Below, in pieces: positions 49,680 to 59,703 of a DNA stretch of 64,000 nucleotides; position 1 is the first letter of the stretch, and every line of letters begins with the position of its first letter. The stretch is taken from the NCBI GenBank assembly GCA_963775465.1, contig CAVZIW010000004.1:1-64000 (forward strand). Direction: 5' to 3'. Made by a program: the position numbers and the translations under genes. The notes beneath the pieces are model-generated. The model was not told where the DNA came from, searched no databases, and worked only from the letters and a program-made list of their open reading frames with translations. Source of the DNA: Candidatus Bathyarchaeota archaeon. Its GTDB lineage: Archaea > Thermoproteota > Bathyarchaeia > Bathyarchaeales > Bathycorpusculaceae.

Positions 49680-49982
49680 ATGGAGGTATATTTAGTGAAA
49701 ATAGACGCGGTTATAGGTAAATACATATTTGCTCAGGACGATTTCTTCTTAGGAAAAATCAAAAATATTGTTTTAGATCCACATGGATGGAAAGTTAGCC
49801 ACCTTGAAGTTGAAATAGACAAGGATGCAGCTAAGGAACTATTTGGAACAAAAAAATCATTCTTAAACAACCTAGCTATTTCCGCAGTTAAAGATGGAGA
49901 AAGAGGCATCTCAGACAGAGGAATAGAGCTCCAAGTCACAAAGGGACAACTCAACATATACCTAAGACCCACATCACAATAG
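49680..49982 (+). CDS. PRC-barrel domain protein
   Basis: IGKYIFAQDDFFLGKIKNIVLDPHGWKVSHLEV. Confidence 0.75.
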   Translation: MEVYLVKIDAVIGKYIFAQDDFFLGKIKNIVLDPHGWKVSHLEVEIDKDAAKELFGTKKSFLNNLAISAVKDGERGISDRGIELQVTKGQLNIYLRPTSQ

Positions 49983-50125
49983 ATCCTCAGAATCTATTGA
50001 ATAACTACCTTTTATTTTCCTTTAAGAAGACTTACACCTTATTTCTCTGCAAAAGAGTTATACCAATTCATTTTCAACTTAATTAAGACACATAAATATA
50101 CTCAGTTTTATTTTATTGTTACACG

Positions 50126-50944
50126 ATGCAAGCTTTTAAAAGCCATAAAATAGCTATAATTGCGGTGTTTTTAGCAGCTATAATAATTGTTTCAGCTTTC
50201 GTCGTCCAGAATTATTCTAGACCTTCACCAATAACATCACCGTCACCTTCGCCAACACCAACTCAAAACCCGACACAGACCCCTAGCATACCTCCTACGC
50301 CTACAGTTTCGTCTTTCCCTACGTCACCGCCTAATAACTTCAGTCCTTTCCCCTTCATAACGCCGGGTCCCACGCTCAACACTACTCGTTACTTAGGAGA
50401 AATTACTCAATATCAAGGCATAGCCCTCTCGCCGATTAACGCTGTCTACCAAAACGCCATTGCAGGATTACAGTACATAGACCAGACAACATACCGCTTA
50501 ACCGTCACCGGTCTAGTCCAAAATACATTGAACTATACTTATGATCAAGTAGTAAATGACCACCAAACAATCCCAAAAGTGGTGACAATTCTCTGCGTCG
50601 AGGGATGGAGTGCAACTCTTCTCTGGGAAGGCATCAGTGTAAATGATCTCCTAACAGAAGCAGAAATCAACCCGGAGACATCTGTTATTATTTTCCACGC
50701 ATCTGACGGCTATTCCACTGCACTTCCACTAAACTACATCGTTCAAAATAACATAATCATAGCATATAAAATGAACAACGTAACGTTAACCTCTGAAATC
50801 GGTTGGCCGTTCATGTTGGTTGGTCAGAATGAGTATGGGTACAAGTGGATCAAATGGTTAACTGCGATTGAAGTTTCAAACGATACAAACTACCTTGGAT
50901 ATTGGGAGATTCGAGGTTACCCCAACGACGCAACAATACCTTAA
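50126..50944 (+). CDS. Membrane-anchored molybdopterin oxidoreductase (sulfite oxidase/MsrP-like)
   Basis: Signal anchor, Pro/Thr linker, CVEGWS, DGYSTALP, YGYKWIKWL, GYWEIRGY. Confidence 0.88.
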   Translation: MQAFKSHKIAIIAVFLAAIIIVSAFVVQNYSRPSPITSPSPSPTPTQNPTQTPSIPPTPTVSSFPTSPPNNFSPFPFITPGPTLNTTRYLGEITQYQGIALSPINAVYQNAIAGLQYIDQTTYRLTVTGLVQNTLNYTYDQVVNDHQTIPKVVTILCVEGWSATLLWEGISVNDLLTEAEINPETSVIIFHASDGYSTALPLNYIVQNNIIIAYKMNNVTLTSEIGWPFMLVGQNEYGYKWIKWLTAIEVSNDTNYLGYWEIRGYPNDATIP

Positions 50945-51387
50945 AACTAAGATTGCTTGCGTTTTTTCCTCTTTAACTGAAGTAAACTCTATAAATAGTA
51001 TAAAATACAAAAGAGTTTGAATATAACCTTAAGTAGCAACATCAAAACCTTGTCTTAGTATGGACAACCGACAGTTTTTTGTTTATAGTCATTGGAAAAC
51101 GATCTAAACAATGTCCTGTTTATGCTTTCTTTTAGTCGAAATTACCTATAAGATAGATTTGCAAGTTGTTTTGCTTCTCCGAGGTTAACCAAAATGTTCA
51201 CATCTATAATAATTGAATGTCAAACTCAAACAAACAGTGTATGTTGCGAATACTGCGTAAACAAGAAAGAGTGCCTGCTTCGATCCGAATTAAACAATAA
51301 AACAGCCAAAACAAGTTTTCCGATGGAAAGTGTACGACTTATAATGTTGCACCACGTTTAGAAACAAAAAAGTCGCCTAGCAAGCTG

Positions 51388-51876
51388 TTATTCTTGGATT
51401 ATCTCGTAGGAAGTCTGGATTTCAGCTGTTTTTTTCAGCATCGCTCCAACAGGGCAATATTTTTCCATGGAAAGTTGAATGGAACGCTCAACAGCATCTT
51501 TGCTGACATTCTTTCCTTTCACGATGTATTTGATTGATATTTTAGTGAAAACTTCAGGCGGTTCTAGAGCCCTTTCAGCTTCAGCTTCCACCCAGTAACC
51601 AGAAATGTTTTGACGTTTTTTCCCAAGAATGCTCATCACGTCATAGCTTGTGCAGCCAGCAAGGCAAGCCAATAGAGTTTCCATAGGAGATTGTGATGTT
51701 TCTTCACCCCCATACTTTGCAGGTGCATCAAACTTTACAGCAAGACCTTTCTCGTTTTTTACTTCAAAACGGAAATTGCCCTTCCACTCAAGATTCATCT
51801 TTTTTCTATTTAAAGACATGACTAATCTTTTGTTTCTGATCAAAAAAAGGCTTGCTGAATTCAACAAAAACTCCAC
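51388..51876 (-). CDS. OsmC/YhfA-family protein (start probably later)
   Basis: SPMETLLACLAGCT...SMEKYCPV. Confidence 0.88.
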   Translation of the reverse strand: MEFLLNSASLFLIRNKRLVMSLNRKKMNLEWKGNFRFEVKNEKGLAVKFDAPAKYGGEETSQSPMETLLACLAGCTSYDVMSILGKKRQNISGYWVEAEAERALEPPEVFTKISIKYIVKGKNVSKDAVERSIQLSMEKYCPVGAMLKKTAEIQTSYEIIQE

Positions 51877-52172
51877 TATAACAAGACCTCAATACAGAAG
51901 CATATAACCAGATAATGCCAGAAATAAAAGCATTCCAGTTTTCTTCAACATGACTTTTTTGATTCTTTAGCTTTTTGTTGTTATCTTCAAATGCAACAGA
52001 TCCCAAATAAAAAACAGCCAAAAAATAGCTTTGTCTTTTTTGCAAAAACCTATTTTCTTCTTTCAGATAAAAATATCAAACCCACCTAGACTTCGCGTGA
52101 AAAAATTCCAAACTGACATCTCGAATAGTTATTCCGCAAAATAAAAGAACCGCATCCACTGATTAAAAAGGT

Positions 52173-52928
52173 ATGAAAACAGAAACAAAAGCTCTCAATA
52201 CCCATTGGCTAGATGAGTTAAGCACAAAAGAAGCTGAAAAAGCAGGTAAAGATGGCATTGTTGTAATTTTTCCTGTCGGCAGCGTCGAAGAACATGGCGA
52301 CCACTTGCCCTTGTGCACAGATAGCATTCAACCCGAATTCATCGCATTAGAAGTTGCCAAGAAAACGGGGTGTCTTGTTGCACCTCCTCTTCGGTATGGC
52401 ATCTGCAACGCAACCCGAAACTTTTCAGGCACACTAACCATAGATTTTAACACATTCCACCGGATGGTTCACGCTATTCTATCAGAGCTAGTACGAAACC
52501 ACTTCAACCGAATAATAGTGCTCAGCGGTCACGCTGGAAGCTCCCATATGGTAGCGCTGAGACTAGCTGCCCAAAAAATTGTAACAAAAAAAAATACAGA
52601 TAAACAAGAAAAGAGAGTTCGGATCATGGTACTTTCAGACTACGATTTCGCGGAAGAAATAGCCCCAAAATACGCTTCTAATGATGACGGACACGCCGGC
52701 ACAATCGAAACATCTCGAATTATGGATATAAAACCGGACCTAATCAAAACAAAAGGTTCTAAAAGCCACCCAAAGATGCCACGCTTTGAAGTCGTAGCCC
52801 ACCCCGAGTTGTACTTTCCAAGTGGAGTCCACGGCGACCCCACAGCAGCAACAGCCAACAAAGGTCAAAAAATAAATAAATACATCATAGAACAAGTCAG
52901 CGAACTAGTCACAAAAATAAAAGAATAG
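52173..52928 (+). CDS. Creatininase-family amidohydrolase
   Basis: PVGSVEEHGDHLPLCTD, SGHAG, DGHAGTIETS, GVHGDP. Confidence 0.9.
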   Translation: MKTETKALNTHWLDELSTKEAEKAGKDGIVVIFPVGSVEEHGDHLPLCTDSIQPEFIALEVAKKTGCLVAPPLRYGICNATRNFSGTLTIDFNTFHRMVHAILSELVRNHFNRIIVLSGHAGSSHMVALRLAAQKIVTKKNTDKQEKRVRIMVLSDYDFAEEIAPKYASNDDGHAGTIETSRIMDIKPDLIKTKGSKSHPKMPRFEVVAHPELYFPSGVHGDPTAATANKGQKINKYIIEQVSELVTKIKE

Positions 52929-52972
52929 CATCAGGTCTAATAATATAAAAAAATGTGGAACGGGGGCTTAAC

Positions 52973-53287
52973 CTATTTTTTCTTTGGTTTTGCACGCGTT
53001 TTTACTTTAGGTTTTGCTGAGGCTTTAGAATCAACTTTCTTTGCAGGAGCTTTAACCGGCTTCATTGGCTGATCACAGCAAATCAGCTCACATGTATCTT
53101 CACATTCACAGGGACTTTCAATTAATACAACAAGACCACAGTCATCGCACTTGTACTGATCACCTTTTTTTCTTGCCAAAAAATCACCTTCTAAAAAGTT
53201 ATTAATACAACAATTGTAATCTGAAAATATAAAAATTTCTAATTTGAACTTATCCAGATAAATTCTATAGATAACTCCAAAGTCCAT
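52973..53287 (-). CDS. Desulforedoxin-like small metal-binding protein with Lys-rich tail (start near 53178)
   Basis: YKCDDCGLVV...PCEC...LICCDQPM. Confidence 0.7.
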   Translation of the reverse strand: MDFGVIYRIYLDKFKLEIFIFSDYNCCINNFLEGDFLARKKGDQYKCDDCGLVVLIESPCECEDTCELICCDQPMKPVKAPAKKVDSKASAKPKVKTRAKPKKK

Positions 53288-53360
53288 CCGAAAAATTTTC
53301 GCGGGATGCTAACAGAAAAAGTTATAGCCACAAGCCGATTAGTTCTATTCGTGATTTGCT

Positions 53361-53792
53361 ATGCAGTTTTTTACTGTCACAGACCAATCAAGCGTTAAGC
53401 ATAAAATTCTAGCAATCCCTCTAAACCAAAAAGAAATGATAGAGTTGATGGGACAATGCGAAAAATGCATACCATCCATCGCCATTTCATCAATGGTCCG
53501 CGCAGGACACCCCTACGCCATTATTGATTTTGGAGCCGGTGGATCTTGGAAAACAGCTATCGCACTTGACGAAACTTCAGAGGATGGACACCCAATCGGC
53601 GAAGAACTAACAATAGGCGATGTCTTAACCGTAATTCTAACATCTGACCCAAACGCCATCAAAGTCTCAAGAGACAAAGTCTACCTCAATGTACCACTAG
53701 AAAACGTTCTAGCTTTCAGTTTCCTCTACACCGCCGATATAGCTGAAAACTATACGCTCTACAAAATGATCAAGCAGCCAAAAGCAGAATAA
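53361..53792 (+). CDS. Hypothetical protein
   Basis: 143-aa ORF with normal composition. Confidence 0.65.
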   Translation: MQFFTVTDQSSVKHKILAIPLNQKEMIELMGQCEKCIPSIAISSMVRAGHPYAIIDFGAGGSWKTAIALDETSEDGHPIGEELTIGDVLTVILTSDPNAIKVSRDKVYLNVPLENVLAFSFLYTADIAENYTLYKMIKQPKAE

Positions 53793-53798
53793 ACCCAA

Positions 53799-54449
53799 TT
53801 AAACAAGATAACGCAAAAACCAATCCGCCGACAGTTTAGCTACAATCTCCAATTTTCCTGATTCCTCAAAAAGATGAGTTGCCTCAGGAATAATCTCCAA
53901 CTTATTTTTGTTAGCCATTTGACTTTGGGCTTGACGGTTTAACTCAATAACCTCAGTATCCCAGCCACCTACTAATAGAAGCGTCGGCGCAACCACATCA
54001 TGAAGATAATCACCAGCAAGATCTGGGCGTCCACCTCTAGAAACCAGGGCAGAAATGTATTTTGGCAATTTAGCCGCAGCAATCAATGCCGCCGCTGCAC
54101 CAGTACTTGCTCCAAAATACCCAAAAGAGAGGCTTCTTGTAATTGGGTCGTTCTTAAGCCATTTTGTCGCGCCAACAAGACGATCAGCTAATAATTTGAT
54201 GTTAAAGCGGTAATTTGCTGTGATTATGTCTTCTTGCTCTTCTTCTATTGTAAGTAAATCAAAAAGCAACGTTGCAATTTTTAATTTGTTGAATTCTTTT
54301 GCAACATATTGGTTTCTGGGGCTAAACCTACCACTTCCGCTTCCATGAGCAAACAACACAATGCTCTTAGCTTGAGCAGGCAAATTCAAGTTACCTATAA
54401 CAACTACATTTCCAACGCGAATTCTCAACTCTGATTCTTGAATGTTCAA
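53799..54449 (-). CDS. Alpha/beta hydrolase (dienelactone hydrolase-like, PRTase-associated)
   Basis: FAHGSGSGRFSPRN, GASTG, VSRGGRPD, ATHLFEE. Confidence 0.9.
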   Translation of the reverse strand: MNIQESELRIRVGNVVVIGNLNLPAQAKSIVLFAHGSGSGRFSPRNQYVAKEFNKLKIATLLFDLLTIEEEQEDIITANYRFNIKLLADRLVGATKWLKNDPITRSLSFGYFGASTGAAAALIAAAKLPKYISALVSRGGRPDLAGDYLHDVVAPTLLLVGGWDTEVIELNRQAQSQMANKNKLEIIPEATHLFEESGKLEIVAKLSADWFLRYLV

Positions 54450-55120
54450 ACTACAACATCTCCTTTATATCCTTCAACAACGTCTTGTCGATTCTGCTTT
54501 AATAACTGAATAACTTCTTCATCGCTAGTTTGAGAAAAATCAACATAAAATTGCCCGATAGCTTGGAAAAACTCTGGAGTGAAAAGACAAACAACATTAT
54601 CAGCTTGCTTTTCAAGCTCTTTTATAGTCGAAGGCGGACCAACAGGAACAGCAACGGTCACACTAGCTGCACCACGATTTATTACCGAAGCCAAAGCTGC
54701 TTTCATGGTTGAACCCGTAGCTATTCCATCATCAACTAATATAACGTCAAGCCCTTTCATATTTGGGTAGGGCGTATCTTGTCGATATACTTTGAGCCTA
54801 CGTTCAATCTCCCGTTTTTGACGCTCACTTTCTTCTTCTAAATATTGCTTGCTTACTTCCATATACGCCAACAAGTTAGTATCCAAGATCGTGGTTCCAT
54901 CCTCAGTCATAGCACCTATAGCCAACTCAGGATTACCTGGCGCGCCAATCTTACGAGGAATAATAACATCTAAAGGCAAGTCGAGTGTATGGGCTATCTC
55001 AAAGCCCACAACAACTCCTCCGCGGGGAATTGCCAGAACTATTCCATTTTTAAAAGTTAACTTCTTAAGGACTAAAGCTAAACGTTTTCCAGCGTCAACT
55101 CGGTCAGAAAAATAAGCCAT
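54446..55120 (-). CDS. Phosphoribosyltransferase
   Basis: FSDRVDAG, PRGG, VILVDDGIATGST; start moved to ATG 55120 after a GAGGAG SD. Confidence 0.9.
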   Translation of the reverse strand: MAYFSDRVDAGKRLALVLKKLTFKNGIVLAIPRGGVVVGFEIAHTLDLPLDVIIPRKIGAPGNPELAIGAMTEDGTTILDTNLLAYMEVSKQYLEEESERQKREIERRLKVYRQDTPYPNMKGLDVILVDDGIATGSTMKAALASVINRGAASVTVAVPVGPPSTIKELEKQADNVVCLFTPEFFQAIGQFYVDFSQTSDEEVIQLLKQNRQDVVEGYKGDVVV

Positions 55121-55303
55121 AATAAACTCCTCGAAAACTCTTATTCTAACCAAATAGTAAGCATCCTTTAATATAAAAATCCTATAGCCAACCAGAAGGA
55201 CCAATGAAAAAAGTCTAACTGATTGCAAGTACAATTATCATTTGGCTTCGTTTAGGCAAAAGATAAAAACAGATTTTGTCATACATATGTAATACGGAAA
55301 AAA

Positions 55304-56233
55304 ATGGAAATCATAAACGTAAGATTACCCGACAAAGTAACTTCAGAACTCGACAAGCTATCAAAAAAACACAACCTCACCCGATCCGAAATCATACGTC
55401 AAGCCCTAACGATCTACCTCCACATAACAGAAAACGTTGGAACAATGTTAAGACCAATAGTTTTCCAAATAAAGCCAGCCCAAATATCCTACACCCGAAG
55501 AGGCGATGTATCTATCCTAAAAGTACCCACCGGCCACGCAATCGTCATCGGATCCACCTCAACCGGAGCCGTCGGACCCAAAGAAATGGACAAAGTCAAA
55601 GTAAACGGCACAATTTTAGGAAAATTTCTAGGAAGAGTTGCATTAATGGACGTAACCGCAACAGGCGCATTCCCACTAATGTTGTCAGTTACCCTTGGCG
55701 TAGAAAAAAACCCTACAGGCAACTCCATTTTGGAAGGTATTAGACGCGAAGCCAGAAGCATCGGTCTAGATCCAAACCAAGTATTAATGGAAAACACCGA
55801 AGACAACTTTGAAACCATGCAAACTGGCGCTGGATTAACGGTAGTCGGTTTTGCTAACGAAGACGAATTAAGGATAGGAAAAACATGCCCAGGCGACTTG
55901 ATCGTAGCAATAGGTAAACCCAAAGTTGGAAACGAAGTCATATCGGCAGAGGTAAGAGGAGAAATCGCCGATCTCAAAAATGTAGCTCAACTTTCCCAGA
56001 AAAAATATGTTCACGACATTTCTCCCGTTGGAGGCTTTGGCATCGCTAGTGAAGCTAGAATGATGGCTTACGGCGTCGGCAGGCAAATAAAACTCGCAGA
56101 GGTTATTAGTTTGGATTTAAACAAATCAGCAGGACCAGCAACCGTAATTTTAGTCACTATCGACAAGGACAAACTCGAAGACTTAACCGACCTGATTCCT
56201 AAACCCATAAGCGTTGTTGGCGAAATAATCTAA
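55304..56233 (+). CDS. RHH domain fused to AIR-synthase/PurM-like (CblS alpha-ribazole kinase-like) domain
   Basis: INVRLP...TRSEIIRQAL; RRGDV, GAVGPKEMD, RVALMD, NTEDNFETMQTG, KSAGPAT. Confidence 0.75.
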   Translation: MEIINVRLPDKVTSELDKLSKKHNLTRSEIIRQALTIYLHITENVGTMLRPIVFQIKPAQISYTRRGDVSILKVPTGHAIVIGSTSTGAVGPKEMDKVKVNGTILGKFLGRVALMDVTATGAFPLMLSVTLGVEKNPTGNSILEGIRREARSIGLDPNQVLMENTEDNFETMQTGAGLTVVGFANEDELRIGKTCPGDLIVAIGKPKVGNEVISAEVRGEIADLKNVAQLSQKKYVHDISPVGGFGIASEARMMAYGVGRQIKLAEVISLDLNKSAGPATVILVTIDKDKLEDLTDLIPKPISVVGEII

Positions 56234-56704
56234 CTATTTCAGCATATGCCCATTGCGGTCGATTTCTCCCCAACGAATCCGAGTAGTAGAAATTGGAGCT
56301 TGGTTTTCGGCTGGAATCATGTTTACTGTGACAATTTCAAGAAGAGAAAGTCCTGCTTTTTGCCTTTTTTCATTTATTTTTTCCGCAGTTTTTTGTGTTT
56401 CTTGACTTACAACTAAAGCCTCAAGCCCTTCAAGAGACATTGTTTGCCCATAGGGATCGTCCAAAGGCACAATTTCGAATCTGTGGGTGAAACCTGAATC
56501 GCTTAAAAACGTTTCAAGTTCTTTTTGTCTCTCAGCGTACGATGCTGTCTTGTGGGGTTTACCCATTTTTGAAACAAAAGCATCTGAAGATAAACCTATG
56601 ACAACTTTTTCGCCAATTTCAAAGGACTTGCAAAGTAGTGCTTTGTGACCTCTGTGCAGTTCGTCAAATGTCCCTCCGACAGCTACTTTCTTGAATCTTC
56701 TCAT
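56234..56704 (-). CDS. coaD: Phosphopantetheine adenylyltransferase, archaeal type
   Basis: VGGTFDELHRGH, LVVSQET, ISTTRIR. Confidence 0.9.
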   Translation of the reverse strand: MRRFKKVAVGGTFDELHRGHKALLCKSFEIGEKVVIGLSSDAFVSKMGKPHKTASYAERQKELETFLSDSGFTHRFEIVPLDDPYGQTMSLEGLEALVVSQETQKTAEKINEKRQKAGLSLLEIVTVNMIPAENQAPISTTRIRWGEIDRNGHMLK

Positions 56705-57636
56705 CTTGTTAACCTAGCGCCTTGGAAATCTATTTTGCTAACTATTACTTGTTGTGAGGATAAAACTTGCTTAAAAGCTTCCGCTACTTTAGAAGAGTTT
56801 TCCTCAAGCACCAAAGCGTGCGTTGCCTCACCAATCATGTTTTGAGCTGCACCTACCGCACCAGCCTCTTTTGCCACTTCTACAAGTTTACGGGTTCTTT
56901 CAGTTGCAAACCCTGCTTTTTGAGAGAACTCCCAGCAGCAATCCAAAAAATTCTTTAAAGTAGGCTTCTGAAGGATTTTTTTCATCGTTTGTTTACCGTA
57001 ATCATTAATTTCTTTCTTCCTTTCATAAGAAGATAATATGGGCTTTTTTGGAATACTCGATTTTACAAACCCAGCGACAACAACATAGTTAGGAGATAAT
57101 GGAATGCGGTCAATTTGGCAGATTCCAGGCGCTCCTGGCTCAACCACGAGCACGCAACCGCCGCTGAAAGTTAACGAGCTAACTGTACCTAAACCTGTTT
57201 GGCACTTAATCTCAGCTACATGCGCCAGCCTACCGATTTGATTGTAAGTTAATGGTAAACCTAACGCTTCTTTTAGTGCTAAACCGGCAGTTAAAGCTCC
57301 GCCTGCGCTGGTGCCAAAGCCTGATCCGACCGGAACATCGATTTGGTGTTCAACGGTAACATCGTATTTTGCGATGGACCGGGCAAAAAGTGTCTCCACT
57401 ACTTTTTTTGTGGTTTTAGCTTCCGGAGAAGGTTTAGAATTAATAAAGATACTTATGCAATTATTTTTTGCTTCGTTAACAGTAACTTTTGTACGGACAC
57501 CTTTTTCAAGACCAAACCCACCACCTCTGGCGCCTACTCTTTCCAAGTTAGAAATGGGCTTGTTGTTTTGGGTGTCGTGGATTTCAAAGAAACTCGAAAT
57601 TGCCGCTGGAGCAAAAGCTCTGGCTGTTCTACTCAA
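56701..57636 (-). CDS. Pantoate kinase (GHMP family)
   Basis: AFAPAAISSFF, PVGSGFGTSAGG, AHVAEI..QTGLGTV, QNMIG. Confidence 0.88.
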   Translation of the reverse strand: MSRTARAFAPAAISSFFEIHDTQNNKPISNLERVGARGGGFGLEKGVRTKVTVNEAKNNCISIFINSKPSPEAKTTKKVVETLFARSIAKYDVTVEHQIDVPVGSGFGTSAGGALTAGLALKEALGLPLTYNQIGRLAHVAEIKCQTGLGTVSSLTFSGGCVLVVEPGAPGICQIDRIPLSPNYVVVAGFVKSSIPKKPILSSYERKKEINDYGKQTMKKILQKPTLKNFLDCCWEFSQKAGFATERTRKLVEVAKEAGAVGAAQNMIGEATHALVLEENSSKVAEAFKQVLSSQQVIVSKIDFQGARLTR

Positions 57637-58387
57637 TATTTTCGCCTTTTAGTTGCTCTCGGTTTCTTTGCTTCAGAGATGGAAAAGCGCGATAACATAC
57701 TTTGATTATTGGTGGTCCAGCCAGAAGAATGAATGGCAGCTCAGTTGCAAATGTCCAAACGAAGATCGGAAAAACTAGTGATGCTGAGAGAGGTGCACCA
57801 AAGAAAGTCAGGAAAAGTGGGCTTACTGCCCACACAGTTACTGAAAGTAACCCTGCTCCCGCAGCTTGCCCAACCACGGCTGCTATGGCATAGCTTCTCC
57901 ATTCTTTCCACCGAAAAGCAACTAGCGTAATAACTGTGAGGCTTAGAATAACCGTTAATGTGAAAGATATAGAAAAGACTTCTGTTGATAATCCAGTATA
58001 AGCTGTGACGTCTGGAAGCAGAACAAGTGTGGGTATTAATAATCCAAATGCAGTCACTACGACTCCAGTAATTGCCTGTCTTAGGCTTATGTTTCTAATT
58101 GATATGTAGCCAATTAGGAAAAAGAGTATGAAATTGGGGGGCACACCAGCAGCTAAACTCAATGGTGCATTTCCGTGCACAAACATATCCCGTATGAAGA
58201 TACCGATTGCTCCACTGATTCCGCCAACCCATGGACCATAAAGAACTGCAATAACGGCAGGTATTACAACTGCAGGCAAGAAACCAATGCCAAAAAAATT
58301 CACGTTAGCCGTAGAAATTCCGACAATGGCATAGAGTGCTGCACAAATTCCGGTTACTGCAACGTCTTGTGTTTTCAAATACGCCAA
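57629..58387 (-). CDS. ECF transporter substrate-specific (S) component
   Basis: AALYA...PAVVIPAVIAVLYGPWVGGISGAIGIFIRD; overlaps the pantoate kinase start. Confidence 0.8.
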   Translation of the reverse strand: MAYLKTQDVAVTGICAALYAIVGISTANVNFFGIGFLPAVVIPAVIAVLYGPWVGGISGAIGIFIRDMFVHGNAPLSLAAGVPPNFILFFLIGYISIRNISLRQAITGVVVTAFGLLIPTLVLLPDVTAYTGLSTEVFSISFTLTVILSLTVITLVAFRWKEWRSYAIAAVVGQAAGAGLLSVTVWAVSPLFLTFFGAPLSASLVFPIFVWTFATELPFILLAGPPIIKVCYRAFPSLKQRNREQLKGENIE

Positions 58388-58445
58388 CTTCTAGGTATTT
58401 TTAAAATTCTAACAACGTGAGGCAAATAAGCATTCCGTAACTATT

Positions 58446-58463
58446 GTTTAAACATGTTTAAAC
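58446..58463. promoter_or_regulatory. Perfect 18-bp palindrome GTTTAAACATGTTTAAAC
   Basis: Self-complementary; about 60 bp upstream of the ECF-PoK-coaD operon. Confidence 0.55.
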
Positions 58464-58597
58464 TTAGGCTACGACAAATGTTATATGTTGCACTTGGAAA
58501 AGTCCAAGCGATTCCGCTTATGCTCAACTCCTCTGGGTTTTAACCTCTAAATGTTTTAAAAAACTGCAAATAGAGGTAAAGATAAGCTTATTCGCAT

Positions 58598-58963
58598 TTA
58601 CTTTTTATGCCGTTTAATTCTATCTGTGCGCTGCTCTTTTTTGCGCCAATCCCTTTTGCGCTGCGTTTGCATAGAGAAACGTTCTTGGCGTGGAACATCG
58701 ACTTTTCGATACCTTGAAATATTCATGTAAAAAGTAGAGCTGTCGATTTTGTTTTCATTAAGATCCAAGATGTTTTGGTTCAGTTCCTCTTTTGCCCCTG
58801 GGTCGCTTGCCTTGTCGAATGCTTCTTCATAAACAAGGTATGCAGCGTGGAATGGAAAATTTTTGGGGTTGTCGATTAATAGTTTCTCTGCTTGTGGTTC
58901 AGGATTGGTTTGTTCGTTGGGTTGTTCAGTCATGGATATTCCGCTTGTGATGTACGCAAACAT
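58598..58963 (-). CDS. Hypothetical protein with basic C-terminus
   Basis: 121-aa ORF. Confidence 0.65.
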   Translation of the reverse strand: MFAYITSGISMTEQPNEQTNPEPQAEKLLIDNPKNFPFHAAYLVYEEAFDKASDPGAKEELNQNILDLNENKIDSSTFYMNISRYRKVDVPRQERFSMQTQRKRDWRKKEQRTDRIKRHKK

Positions 58964-59088
58964 TGTATTTTCACCCTTTTATAGGTGTCCCCAAAAAAAC
59001 TAGCTAAAATAACCATTGGCTTTAACGTATCAGTAAAACCCTAATTCTGTATACTAAAATAGTAAGACTTAATACACCGTAAGTCTTC

Positions 59089-59703
59089 GTGTTAATACGA
59101 GGTACAAAAATGCCAACCAAACAAACAGACGCCGTAAAATACCTCGTAAATTGCCGCAACCTCGAATATGCAACGTACTCATTATACTCAGCTGTATCAA
59201 AAAAACTTCAGCGACCCGAAATAAACTGCATATTACGCGGGATAGCACAAGACTGCTTCAAACACACAAAAGTCATCGAAGAATTGTTTAAACCTCTTTC
59301 ATTTGCAAGCTATGAAAGCGGAAAAAACGACAAAAACTACAATAAACTATCAGCAGAAATAAGAAAGTACACAAACAATCTTGCTCCAATAGAGATTTTC
59401 AACGATGATGAACTCCCAGATCTTTTAAACGACCTAACTGAAATCGAAGATTGCCTGTCTGACTTTTACTCTTACTTTATCGACTCGCAAATGTTAAAAC
59501 AATTCACAGATCAATTGTCAACCGTTACTGACATAACCTCAGAAAATCTGCTCTTCATCCTTAAAATCCTAAAAATCGACAAACTAAAACACAGAAACAT
59601 GCTAGTAGAGACTTTGCACTTTTATAAAGAAAGCAAGTTAAGAAACAGAGATACAACTCCCCTCGTGCGATTCCAAAATCCAGACGCTTGGATACATTAT
59701 TAA
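59089..59703 (+). CDS. Ferritin-like helical protein (divergent)
   Basis: LE...LY...IAQDCFKH and IE...FY...IDKLKH repeated pattern. Confidence 0.6.
   Translation: MLIRGTKMPTKQTDAVKYLVNCRNLEYATYSLYSAVSKKLQRPEINCILRGIAQDCFKHTKVIEELFKPLSFASYESGKNDKNYNKLSAEIRKYTNNLAPIEIFNDDELPDLLNDLTEIEDCLSDFYSYFIDSQMLKQFTDQLSTVTDITSENLLFILKILKIDKLKHRNMLVETLHFYKESKLRNRDTTPLVRFQNPDAWIHY

Noticed and set aside
50220-50340. Pro/Thr/Ser repeats in the molybdopterin enzyme
   Set aside because: Ordinary linker of a surface-anchored archaeal protein.
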